From Mobula hypostoma (Eukaryota), in the NCBI RefSeq assembly GCF_963921235.1, contig NC_086097.1:148430001-148494000 (forward strand): DNA of 64,000 nt, in the 5' to 3' direction. A program made the translations under genes and the position numbers. Below are positions 53,020 through 64,000 of the stretch, piece by piece. Within the stretch, counting starts at the first letter, position 1; each line of letters starts with the position of its first letter. Under the pieces are notes generated by a model, which was given only the letters and a program-made list of their open reading frames with translations, was not told the origin of the DNA and searched no databases.

Positions 53020-53720
53020 TCAAAGTCAAGTTCATGGTTGGATGCACAAGTACATGTATAAAGCACAGTGAAAAACTTATCGCAGCACCATCACAGGCGC
53101 AAAGCTTCATTCACAGGACAAACACAAACATAAATTCTATACAATTTTTACAAGAAAGAACACGGTTGGAGCAAATAAAAGCAAGGTCCATTGTCATGCA
53201 AAGTGACAAACTGGTCATTGTTTTGCCAAAAATTCGCCGTGAATGGTCTCAGGCCCTGATGCGAAAGGAGGAACGTTAGACATGGGGTAATCCCATCCCG
53301 TAAAAATCCAGTGCCACAGAAAAGCCAACAGAAACTCCAAACACCTCACTGCTGGGAGAGGAAATAACTTTGTCTAGAAAACATATGAAGTTATGTGGTG
53401 AAAGCGGAAGCCAAGGGCCGATCGATCTTCAGCCCAGAACGGAGGACTCTGGCGGGCTGCTGTCAGTGGCCTATGCCCCAGTAGGGGTGATGGGTTTAAG
53501 TAAGTGATAGTGCCGCCGTACTCAACGATCTGAGTTGTGCCAGTTGCTTCCAGAATTGAATGTCTGAAGGGAAATAAATTTCTTGAACCTGATGGTGTGG
53601 CATTTCAGGCTCTGTACTTCCTGCCTAATGGTGGCTGTGAGTATACGACATGGTGGGCTTTATTGATGTTACCTTCTTGAGGCAAAACTTCCTTTAGATT
53701 CCATTGATGGGGTGGGGGGG
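53020..53720 (-). mobile_element. Degraded Rex1/Babar 3' end containing an RTE-type fragment (53240-53505, + strand)
   Basis: ttcttgaacctgatggtgtgg..ttcaggct..cctgcctaatgg motif; inner piece ends ggggtgatgggtttaagtaagt. Confidence 0.6.
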
Positions 53721-54369
53721 TTGGGGGTTAGAATGTGCTTGTATGTAAAAATGCAAGTTTGAGTGTCCATTTGCCTGAGTTGTATGTTATGGACCATTAC
53801 TTGCACCTGGTTAAGAACTGATTTTAAATCTTATTAATATATGAAAGGACCATTAAACTAAAATAGCTAGAAGATAGCTTTCTTGCTTACATGTGCAGGA
53901 ATCACTGGTTATGTTATCTGCAAGCAAACAGCATTCTGCAGCAGCTGAAGGTACATGGAATGCGTGGCGTTCCTATCTTCGGCTTGGCTGGTGAAATTGT
54001 AGCTATTGGGCTCGGTACTGGCAGCTGTGAAAATTTTCATTAGATCTCTTCAGTAATACTTACTCTTTCTGAACCAACAAGATGATTCACGAGGGAAGAA
54101 TATAACAATGTGAAATGGCACTATCTAACATTGCATTGCTTTAGGTAGACATGTGAATAGGTGTTAATTTCAAAAATGTAATTAAGATTGATTTTAAGGT
54201 TATTATTATCAGACCACTGAGATTGAAAATTTCACTAAGACGAATTTTGCATGTTGCTCTACTATTAGCGTTTTTCAGAAGATTTCTATACTGGTAATAA
54301 AATCGAAGGCAAATGAAAACATGACCAAAAAGTCAGGATTCAAATTGCCTATTGAACCTAAAGCACACC

Positions 54370-54570
54370 AAAAGTTTATTTTATTTTAGTGATACTGTAT
54401 GGAGTAGGCTCTTCCAGTCCTTCGAGACATGCTGCCACAACATCGTCCTACAAACCCATTAACCCTAATCTAATCATGGGACAATTTAAAGTGACCCATT
54501 AACAGAGCCAGTCTGTCTTGGCCTATGGGAGGAGACCAGAGCACCCAGGGAAATCCCACACATTCCACGG
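54370..54570 (-). mobile_element. V-SINE-like 3' fragment
   Basis: gggacaattt..acccattaac..gggaggagaccagagcaccc is the reverse of the SINE core. Confidence 0.65.
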
Positions 54571-55472
54571 ATACGTTACTCTACTGTGCCTTGGCCTGAT
54601 TTTCAACTGTGTCTTTTGCTTGTGCATTTGTACAAGTGAATTTCCAAAACCAAATCTTTCATCTTCACTCCATTCAGTTCAAAAATTGATGCAATATTTA
54701 TTATGCGTTTACATAATTTTTAAATCATCAATCGTGATCTGGCATGTGATTCTTTTCTGTGATTTCACCTTGCTTTTAACAATTCTCTTTTTACTTATTT
54801 GTAAAAAAATCCTCACATATTTGATTCCTTTCTGTTTTAAATATCCATTTAAATTGTTTGCTTTCCTTAATCCCTTTATAACTCCCTCACATCTTTTTCT
54901 AATATTCTCTTCTGAGAAAATAAGAGGTTTAAACCATGAGAAAAGCTAAAAGGAGAATGAAAAAAACAATCAAAAACTTAAAAGCACTCAAGCATTTTAC
55001 AAGCATCTCTGTAACATAAAGGAGACAGCTGAGGAAAGAGGAATGTTAATTTGTAGATAAAAAAATTGTGAAGAAGTATAGTATATTGTTTATATCAATC
55101 TTTACTAATGAGTGGAGCACATGACAGGATTCCTTCTGAATCATGCACAGCCCTCACTAGGAAACACATTAGTACTTCTTTATCATGGTTGGCTATGAGT
55201 TTTGGAAGGCCCTACCAAAAAATCCATGGGAGCAATTTGATCACTTGAACTGAAATAATTTAGGGAGATGCCTCACACTATTCTTAGACTTTTTTGACAC
55301 TTGGCAATTATTGCTGATTTTGTCGATTCATGATTTAATATGGGACTGATAGAGTAATTTGTGGTAGATACTGTTTACCAGTTTGCTTGCACGTTAGATA
55401 AAAGATGAGATAGTGCAGATTATGGATAGTTTTCATAATAAGAAGCTGTGAAAGAATAAATGGCGTAAATAA

Positions 55473-55614
55473 TAACACACATAAAATGCTGGAGGAACTC
55501 AGCAGGCAGGCAGCACCTGTGGGAATGAATAAGCAGTCGACATTTTGGGCAAGACCCTTCATCAGGGCCAGCATTCCTCCAGCATTTTGTGTGTATTGCC
55601 CTGGATTTCCAGCA
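55473..55614. mobile_element. Miniature fold-back Penelope-like element; tail interrupted by CR1 and resumes at ~57441
   Basis: aacacacataaaatgctggagg...gtcgacattttgggcaagacccttcatcagg | ttcctccagcattttgtgtgt..ggatttccagca. Confidence 0.75.
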
Positions 55615-57440
55615 GCTTTTACAAGTATATTAAGACCAAAAGGATTGTAAGGGATAAAGTTGGTCCTCTTGAAGATCAGAGTGGTCGGCTTTGTGCAGAA
55701 CCAAAAGAAACGGGGGAGATCTTAAATGGGGTTTTTTGCGTCTGTATTTACTAAGGAAGCTGGCATGAAATCTATGGAATTGAGGGAATCAAGTAGTGAG
55801 ACCATGGAAACTGTATAGATTGAAAAGGAGGAGGTGCTTGCTGTCTTGAGGAAAATTAAAGTGGATAAATCCCTGGGACCTGACAGAGTGTTCCCTTGGA
55901 CCTTGAAGGAGACTAGTGTTGAAATTGCGGGGGCCCTAGAAGAAATATTTAAAATGTCGCTGTCTACGGGTGAAGTGCCGGAGGATTGGAGAGTGGCTCA
56001 TGTTGTTCCGTTGTTTAAAAAAGGATCGAAAAGTAATCCGGGAAATTATAGGCCAGTGAGTTTAACGTCAGTAGTAGATAAGTTATTGGAGGGAGTACTA
56101 AGAGACAGAATCTACAAGCATTTGGTTAGACAGGGCCTTATTAGGGAGAGTCAACATGGCTTTGTGCGTGGTAGGTCATGTTTGACCAATCTGTTGGAGT
56201 TTTTCGAGGAGGTTACCAGGAAAGTGGATGAAGGCAAGGCAGTGGATATTGTCTACATGGACTTCAGTAAGGGCTTTGACAAGGTCCCGCATGGGAGGTT
56301 AGTTAGGAAAATTCAGTCGCTAGGTATACATGGAGAGGTGGTAAATTGGATTAGACATTGGCTCGATGGAAGAAGCCAGAGAGTGGTGGTAGAGAATTGC
56401 TTCTCTGAGTGGAGGCCTGTGACTAGTGGTGTGCCACAGGGATCAGTGCTGGGTCCATTGTTATTTGTCATCTATATCAATGATCTGGATGATAATGTGG
56501 TAAATTGGATCAGCAAGTTTGCTGATGATACAAAGATTGGAGGTGTAGTAGACAGTGAGGAAGGTTTTCAGAGCCTGCAGAGGGACTTGGACCATCTGGA
56601 AAAATGGGCTGAAAAATAGCAGATGGAGTTTAATACTGACAAGTGTGAGGTATTGCACGTTGGAAGGACAAACCAACGTAGAACATACAGGGTTAATGGT
56701 AAGGCACTGAGGAGTGCAGTAGAACAGAGGGATCTGGGAATACAGATACAAAATTCCCTAAAAGTGTCGTCACAGGTAGATAGGGTCATAAAGAGAGCTT
56801 TTGGTACATTGGCCTTTATTAATCAAAGTATTGAGTATAAGAGCTGGAATGTTATGATGAGGTTGTATAAGGCATTGGTGAGGCCGAACCTGGAGTATTG
56901 TGTTCAGTTTTGGTCACCAAATTACAGGAAGGATATAAATAAGGTTGAAAGAGTGCAGAGAAGGTTTACAAGGATGTTGCCGGGACTTGAGAAACTCAGT
57001 TACAGAGAAAGGTTGAATAGGTTAGGACTTTATTCCCTGGAGTGTAGAAGAATGAGGGGAGATTTGATAGAGGTATATAAAATTATGATGGGTATAGATA
57101 GAGTGAAAGCAAGCAGGCTTTTTCCACTGAGGCAACGGGAGAAAAAAGCCAGAGGAGATGGGTTAAGGGTGAGGGGGTAAAAGTTTAAAGGGAACATTGG
57201 GGGGGGGCTTCTTCACACAGAGAGTGGTGGGTGTATGGAATGAGCTGCCAGACGAGGTGGTAAATGCGGGTTCTTTTTTAACATTTAAGAATAAATTGGA
57301 CAGATACATGGATGGAAGGTGTATGGAGGGATATGGTCCATGTGCAGGTCAGTGGGACTAGGCAGAAAATGGTTCGGCACAGCCAAGAAGGGCCAAAGGG
57401 CCTGTTTCTGTGCTGTAGTTACTATGGTTCTATGGTTCTA
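55615..57440 (+). mobile_element. Young 5'-truncated CR1 LINE
   Basis: RT ORF 55834-56619 and in-frame 56623-57180 are separated only by a TAG (expected TGG); (ctatggtt)n tail. Confidence 0.95.
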
Positions 57441-57975
57441 TCTGGAGCACCTCTTATGTTTATGATTTGCATAGAGCATAGTTTGAATCTGTTTTCAATA
57501 ATAGTTTGTGCAGGGCATCATTGTGCACTGTAAGCTTTGCATTCTGAATGGGACATGGAATGACAGATGACATGCAGACTACTAAGAGCATTAAGTTTTA
57601 CTGGATATTGTGCTGTTTTCATTTTCAGAAGCATTCAAAGCTATATTCTGGTTGAAATCTCATTTGCATGCCAGTGGGTTGTTCTGCACTTGTTGAGGGA
57701 AACATTATCAGAAAAGATAATTCCAGCAGAAGCTGAGCAAATGACTTAGATCATTCTCCTAGGATTATTGTACAAAGGAAAATCAATGAGCCAGTTGATA
57801 GCAAAGAAGGGCAATTTGAGTGTCAACAAAGCTAAGTTTACATGCAACAAACTGACTTTATTTGCTGAGCTGGGAGATGCAGAAGTATGAATGACAAAGC
57901 ACATTTTTTAAAGCAACACACATCAAAGTTGCTGGTGAACACAGCAGGCCAAGCAGCATCTATAGGAAGAGGCGC

Positions 57976-58011
57976 AGTCGACGTTTCAGGCCGAGACCCT
58001 TCGTCAGGACT
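57976..58011 (-). ncRNA. Minimal type I hammerhead ribozyme motif (PLE terminus)
   Basis: Minus strand AGUC-CUGACGA-aggg ucucgg ccu-GAAAC-GUC-GACU: core boxes, stem I AGUC/GACU, palindromic ACGU stem III, GUC cleavage triplet. Confidence 0.8.
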
Positions 58012-58303
58012 AACTGAAGGAAGAGTGAGTAAGGGATTTGAAAGCTGGAGGGGGAGGGGGAGATGCAAAATGATAGGAGAAGACAGGAGGGGGAGGGATA
58101 GAGCCGAGAGCTGGACAGGTGATAGGCAAAAGGGGATACGAGAGGATCATGGGACAGGAGGTCCGGGAAGAAAGACGGGGGGGGGTGACCCAGAGGATGG
58201 GCAAGAGGTATATTCAGAGGGACAGAGGGAGAAAAAGGAGAGTGAGAGAAAGAATGTGTGCATAAAAATGAGTAACAGATGGGGTACGAGGGGGAGGTGG
58301 GGC

Positions 58304-59724
58304 CTAGTGGAAGTTAGAGAAGTCGATGTTCATGCCATCAGGTTGGAGGCTACCCAGACGGAATATAAGGTGTTGTTCCTCCAACCTGAGTGTGGCTTCA
58401 TCTTTACAGTAGAGGAGGCCGTGGATAGACATGTCAGAATGGGAATGGGATGTGGAATTAAAATGTGTGGCCACTGGGACATCCTGCTTTCTCTGGCGGA
58501 CAGAGCGTAGATGTTCAGCAAAGCGGTCTCCCAGTCTGCGTCGGGTCTCACCAATATATAAAAGGCCACATCGGGAGCACCGGACGCAGTATATCACCCC
58601 AGTCGACTCACAGGTGAAGTGATGCCTCACCTGGAAGGACTGTTTGGGGCCCTGAATGGTGGTGAGGGAGGAAGTGTAAGGGCATGTGTAGCACTTGTTC
58701 CGCTTACACGGATAAGTGCCAGGAGGGAGATCAGTGGGGAGGGATGGGGGGACGAATGGACAAGGGAGTTGTGTAGGGAGCGATCCCTGCGGAATGCAGA
58801 GAGGGGGGGGAGGGAAAGATGTGCTTAGTGGTGGGATCCCGTTGGAGGTGGCGGAAGTTATGGAGAATAATATGTTGGACCCGGAGGCTGGTGGGGTGGT
58901 AGGTGAGGACCAGGGGAACCCTATTCCTAGTGGGGTGGTGGGAGGATGGAGTGAGAGCAGATGTACGTGAAATGGGGGAGATGCGTTTAAGAGCAGAGTT
59001 GATAGTGGAGGAAGGGTAGCCCCTTTCTTTAAAAAATGAAGACATCTCCCTCGTCCTAGAATGAAAAGCCTCATCCTGAGAGCAGATGCGGCGGAGACGG
59101 AGGAATTGCGAGAAGGGGATGGCGTTTTTGCAAGAGACAGGGTGAGAAGAGGAATAGTCCAGATAGCTGCGAGAGTCAGTAGGCTTATAGTAGACATCAG
59201 TGGATAAGCTGTCTCCAGAGACAGAGACAGAAAGATCTAGAAAGGGGAGGGAGGTGTCGGAAATGGACCATGTAAACTTGAGGGCAGGGTGAAAGTTGGA
59301 GGCAAAGTTAATAAAGTCAACGAGTTCTGCATGCGTGCAGGAAGCAGCGCCAATGCAGTCGTCGATGTAGCGAAGGAAAAGTGGGGGACAGATACCAGAA
59401 TAGGCACGGAACATAGATTGTTCCACAAACCCAACAAAAAGGCAGGCATAGCTAGGACCCATACGGGTGCCCACAGCTACACCTTTAGTTTGGAGGAAAT
59501 GGGAGGAGCAAAAGGAGAAATTATTAAGAGTAAGGACTAATTCTGCTAGACGGAGCAGAGTGGTGGTAGAGGGGAACTGATTAGGTCTGGAATCCAAAAA
59601 GAAGCGTAGAGCTTTGAGACCTTCCTGATGGGGGATGGAAGTATATAAGGACTGGACATCCATGGTGAAAATAAAGCGGTGGGGGCCAGGGAACTTAAAA
59701 TCATCGAAAAGTTTAAGAGCGTGA
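58304..59724 (-). pseudogene. Penelope-like RT + GIY-YIG endonuclease, left arm (5'-truncated, homopolymer frameshifts)
   Basis: MDVQSLYTSIP, QTKGVAVG, FLRYIDD, FLD, YYKPT; CKRNKCYTC linker; VIYCVRCSRCGLLYIGETRRRLGDRFAEH. Confidence 0.93.
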
Positions 59725-59730
59725 CACTTC

Positions 59731-61155
59731 TCACGCTCTTAAACTTTTCGATGATTTTAAGTTCCCTGGCCCCCACCGCTTTATTTTCACCATGGATGTC
59801 CAGTCCTTATATACTTCCATCCCCCATCAGGAAGGTCTCAAAGCTCTACGCTTCTTTTTGGATTCCAGACCTAATCAGTTCCCCTCTACCACCACTCTGC
59901 TCCGTCTAGCAGAATTAGTCCTTACTCTTAATAATTTCTCCTTTTGCTCCTCCTATTTCCTCCAAACTAAAGGTGTAGCTATGGGCACCCGTATGGGTCC
60001 TAGCTATGCCTGCCTTTTTGTTGGGTTTGTGGAACAATCTATGTTCCGTGCCTATTCTGGTATCTGTCCCCCACTCTTCCTTCGCTACATCGACGACTGC
60101 ATTGGCGCTGCTTCCTGCACGCATGCAGAACTCGTTGACTTTATTAACTTTGCCTCCAACTTTCACCCTGCCCTCAAGTTTACCTGGTCCATTTCCGACA
60201 CCTCCCTCCCCTTTCTAGATCTTTCTGTCTCTGTCTCTGGAGACAGCTTATCCACTGATGTCTACTATAAGCCTACTGACTCTCACAGCTATCTGGACTA
60301 TTCCTCTTCTCACCCTGTCTCTTGCAAAAACGTCATCCCCTTCTCGCAATTCCTCTGTCTCCGCCGCATCTGCTTTCAGGATGAGGCTTTTCATTCTAGG
60401 ACGAGGGAGATGTCTTCATTTTTTAAAGAAAGGGGCTTCCCTTCCTCCACTATCAACTCTGCTCTTAAACGCATCTCCCCCATTTCACGTACATCTGCTC
60501 TCACTCCATCCTCCCACCACCCCACTAGGAATAGGGTTCCCCTGGTCCTCACCTACCACCCCACCAGCCTCCGGGTCCAACATATTATTCTCCGTAACTT
60601 CCGCCACCTCCAACGGGATCCCACCACGAAGCACATCTTTCCCTCCCCCCCTCTCTCTGCATTCCGCAGGGATCGCTCCCTACACAACTCCCTTGTCCAT
60701 TCGGACCCCCCCCATCCCTCCCCACTGATCTCCCTCCTGGCACTTATCCGTGTAAGCGGAACAAGTGCTACACATGCCCTTACACTTCCTCCCTTACCAC
60801 CATTCAGGGCCCCAAACAGTCCTTCCAGGTGAGGCATCACTTCACCTGTGAGTCGACTGGAGTGATATACTGCGTCCGGTGCTCCCGATGTGGCCTTTTA
60901 TATATTGGTGAGACCCGACGCAGACTGGGAGACCGCTTTGCTGAACATCTACGCTCTGTTCGCCAGAGAAAGCAGGATCTCCCAGTGGCCACACATTTTA
61001 ATTCCACATCCCATTCCCATTCTGACATGTCTATCCACGGCCTCCTCTACTGTAAAGATGAAGCCACACTCAGGTTGGAGGAACAACACCTTATATTCCG
61101 TCTGGGTAGCCTCCAACCTGATGGCATGAACATCGACTTCTCTAACTTCCGCTAG
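59731..61155 (+). pseudogene. Penelope-like RT + GIY-YIG endonuclease, right arm (5'-truncated, one frameshift at the C-run ~60705-60713)
   Basis: ORF 59792-60832 (RT: GVAMG, RYIDD) and 60829-61155 (GIY-YIG: VIY..YIGET..RFAEH..EQHLI..G..PDGMN). Confidence 0.93.
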
Positions 61156-61447
61156 GCCCCACCTCCCCCTCGTACCCCATCTGTTACTCATTTTTATGCA
61201 CACATTCTTTCTCTCACTCTCCTTTTTCTCCCTCTGTCCCTCTGAATATACCTCTTGCCCATCCTCTGGGTCACCCCCCCCCGTCTTTCTTCCCGGACCT
61301 CCTGTCCCATGATCCTCTCGTATCCCCTTTTGCCTATCACCTGTCCAGCTCTCGGCTCTATCCCTCCCCCTCCTGTCTTCTCCTATCATTTTGCATCTCC
61401 CCCTCCCCCTCCAGCTTTCAAATCCCTTACTCACTCTTCCTTCAGTT

Positions 61448-61483
61448 AGTCCTGACGAAGGGTCTCATCCCGAAACGTTGACT
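61448..61483 (+). ncRNA. Minimal type I hammerhead ribozyme motif (PLE terminus)
   Basis: AGUC-CUGACGA-aggg ucucau ccc-GAAAC-GUU-GACU. Confidence 0.75.
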
Positions 61484-62061
61484 GCACCTCTTCCTACAGA
61501 TGCTGCTTGGCCTGCTGTGTTCACCAGCAACTTTGATGTGTGTTGCTTGAATTTCCAGCATCTGCAGAATTCCTGTTGTTCACATTTTTAAAGAACTGGA
61601 TTGCTGCTGGATTGGATGGTAGATTAATAGTGAACCTTGATGTAGAACTTAAAATCCCTCAGTAATATAGGGAAAGAAAATGTAAAAAACATCTTCAGCC
61701 ATTGCATGCTTTACTTTATGTCATTGATCAAACAAAAAAAAGAGGAGCGCATGTATTCACCAGTTGACCATGAATTGGGACAAAAATGTTTGGTCATCGG
61801 AATGATATATGAAATTTGTAGGGATCACACAAATTCACAGCAACGACATCTGAGGACAAGTTAACCAATCTAATATTTCTTTGGTTATAGAAGGTTAATA
61901 CGTTATTTAACTGAGTTATTTCAGAGGATTGAAGGAATTTTATTGTGTAGATAACTATTTCTTCTGATGGGGTCTCCAGAATTTGACAGCATGTCTGTAT
62001 GTTATGTGTGGTTGGAATGGACATATCAATTAGGTAAGTTGTTCTTGCTTGTTGTTTGTGT

Positions 62062-62375
62062 GGGCATGTGGCCAGGTGGTTAAGGCATTAGACTAGTGAC
62101 CTGAAGGTTGTGAGTTCAAGCCCCAGCTGAGGGAACGTGTTGTGTCCTTGAGCAAGGCATTTAATCACACATTGCCCTGCAACGACACTGGTGCCAAACT
62201 GTATGGGTCCTAATGCCCTTCCCTTGGACAACATTGGTGTCGTGGAGAGGGGAGACTTGCAGCATGGGCAACTGCTGGTCATCCATACAACCTTGCCCAG
62301 GCCTGTGCCCTGGAGAGTGAAGACTTTCCAGGTGCAGATCCATGGTCTCGCAAGACTAACGGATGCCTTTATTTA
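62062..62375 (+). mobile_element. tRNA-derived SINE
   Basis: A box tggccaggtggttaagg, B box gagttcaagcc; tail aagactaacggatgcc(ttta)n. Confidence 0.8.
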
Positions 62376-62384
62376 TTACTTATT

Positions 62385-63110
62385 TATTTTCTTGCTTGTT
62401 TATCCTGTATCATTATATCCGGATGGTAATTATGGATTGTCCAATCTGTAATAATGGATCAGTCATATTGTAATTTGTGGGACTCTGACTCCAAAACTGG
62501 ATCAGAGTTGTATTTATTGCAAGGTATGGAGTATTTTATGAGTCTGTATTTTAAAGCAAGATTTTGCTAAATGATGTTTGCTATTTGATTGTGTCTGTGT
62601 AAGTAATCGACAGAGTTAAATAGTTTCAGGACCCTGTAATGTGTTGGATTGTTCCTGTTTTCTCTTGGTATTTTCTGCATTTATCATCTTGAATTTGCTG
62701 GTCATTTATAATGCATTGCCACAAGGAACCCCTCTGTTTCTGCGGAGAGGTCTCCAGCTCTGAACCAGAAGTTTAACACTTCCTTGTCGACATCTAGTCT
62801 GCTCAGATCATGGGGATATCTTCCACGGAGGGTCATGCTCTTCCAATGGTTAACTTTTCCCTCAATAGTGATAATGTCTTAATTTTTCTGGGTTGTGCTC
62901 TCATTTAAGTTTAGTGGTGTGTACTTCTTATCAGAATTGCATATGCCTGCATGGAGTGCTGAATTCTGTTTTCATTGATGTAAGAAGTTTTATCTGACTG
63001 TTGTTCAAATTTTTATGTCAATTATTCCTCTTCCTCCTTCTAAGCGTTAATCTAACCATGTTTGAGTGTACATAGTGTTTCTAAAAATTGACATTTCAGT
63101 TCTTATTTTT
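62385..63110 (-). mobile_element. R4/Dong-clade fragment (RT C-terminus, decayed CCHC, start of RLE)
   Basis: Minus strand DKCRKYQEKTGTIQHITGS; HNNYPDIMIQDKQARK; homologous to 26700-26925. Confidence 0.75.
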
Positions 63111-63129
63111 CTTATTATTGTTATTTCTA

Positions 63130-63707
63130 TTTTTATTTTTTCTCATCTCGAGCTGCTAAAAGCTGAGGTATAGGCATAGCGACGCACTTTCATTTCTCAA
63201 TTGTTAAGAACTTTCGGACTGTTCTAGTGGTGTTTAGTATTGTGGCTTTCTGGAGATTTACATAGATATTACTGTGTAGTCCTAATTGTTTAATGCTATT
63301 GTGTAGTGCCTTTGGTATGACACCAGTTGTAGATATTACCATTGGGACAATGTATACCTTGTTCATGTTCCAAAGTTCTTCAATTTTCTCATTTAATTCA
63401 GTATATTTCTGTTTCTTTTTTCTCTTATTGATATGTGTGTTTGGAATGGCTGTATCTATTAAGTAAGTTGTTCATGTTTGTTTATGCTGTATTATTATAT
63501 CCAGTTAGATATTATGGATTCCCATATCTGGAATAACATATCGGTCGTAATATGATTTGTGGGATTCTGACTTTAACACTGGATCAAGGCTTGTGTTTAT
63601 AGTAAGGTATGATTTCTTTTATGAGTTTGTATTTTAGAGCAAGATTTTGGTGAATGATGCTTGCCAATTGATTGTGTCTGTGTAACTAATCAGATTATGT
63701 TAAACTG
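63130..63707 (-). mobile_element. R4/Dong-clade 3' fragment (RLE domain and 3' end)
   Basis: Collinear with 26354-26925; abuts (att)n. Confidence 0.8.
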
Positions 63708-63738
63708 ATTATTATTATTATTATTATTATTATTATTG
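63708..63738. repeat. (ATT)n microsatellite
   Basis: Read directly. Confidence 0.95.
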
Positions 63739-64000
63739 AAGTTTATTGGGGTTCTGGAGCTAATGTAGGTGAACTGAGTCCTGATAGCTATCAGAAGTGA
63801 AAAACCAATGGAGCACCTAGCTAAAGGGGCTGAACAACGTACCCAGGCCTTTACGTGCTTTTTTAAAGAACCAGAATTGCTTCTGGTAAATTTTCAGATT
63901 TAAACAAAAAGGAGCAGGGATGAAGTGAGAATCAAAAAAGGAATGGTCAAAACAAAATGCTCAAACATTTTTGAAATATGAACAAAAGGAATTGGGAGTT

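Larger units (their letters stand above)
57911..61580. mobile_element. Head-to-head palindromic Penelope-like element (Neptune-type), single insertion
   Basis: Arms 57911-59724 and 59731-~61548 are reverse complements with a 6-nt spacer cacttc; TSD cacattttt(t)aaag at 57900-57913 and 61581-61593. Confidence 0.95.

Noticed and set aside
57887..58510. 207-aa G/R/E-rich ORF (and its mirror 60949-61434)
   Set aside because: Antisense reading of the pyrimidine-rich PLE 3' UTR and endonuclease; low complexity
58304..61155. Prokaryotic retron / group II intron / RT-nuclease defence system
   Set aside because: RT motifs, Cys-rich linker, GIY-YIG domain and terminal hammerhead identify a eukaryotic Penelope-like element in vertebrate repeat context
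57911..61580. Palindrome as a sequencing fold-back artefact
   Set aside because: Arms carry distinct substitutions and indels, have asymmetric ends, and are bounded by a TSD with different unique flanks; a read-level check is still advisable
62062..62150. tRNA gene
   Set aside because: A/B boxes continue into a SINE body and tail; no clean cloverleaf

Overview
Repeat-dense, non-prokaryotic window with no recognisable host protein-coding gene. The repeat complement (CR1, Rex1/Babar, V-SINE/Deu-SINE-like, Neptune-type Penelope-like elements) points to a vertebrate, most likely a cartilaginous fish (shark/ray); this is inference from pattern recognition, not a search. About half of the window is transposable-element sequence: many CR1 and Rex1/Babar LINE fragments, a young 5'-truncated L1 with a perfect 15-bp TSD, three (TAA)n-associated R4/Dong-type fragments, RTE fragments, three solo LTRs, a Gypsy 5' LTR+gag relic, hAT, Harbinger and Tc1-derived non-autonomous DNA elements, SINEs, and micro/minisatellites. 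The standout is a ~3.67-kb near-perfect palindrome (57911-61580). It consists of two head-to-head 5'-truncated Penelope-like elements (RT + GIY-YIG) inside one TSD, folded at a 5-bp-stem micro-hairpin that also reads as in-frame RT sequence, with a minimal hammerhead ribozyme motif near each outer end. Several miniature elements of the same fold-back architecture occur elsewhere in the window. Also notable are a short insertion apparently copied from a locus ~4.5 kb away next to (TTAGGG)3, and an 8.3-kb nested TE stack. Boundaries of old repeats are approximate and family names come from recognised motifs.
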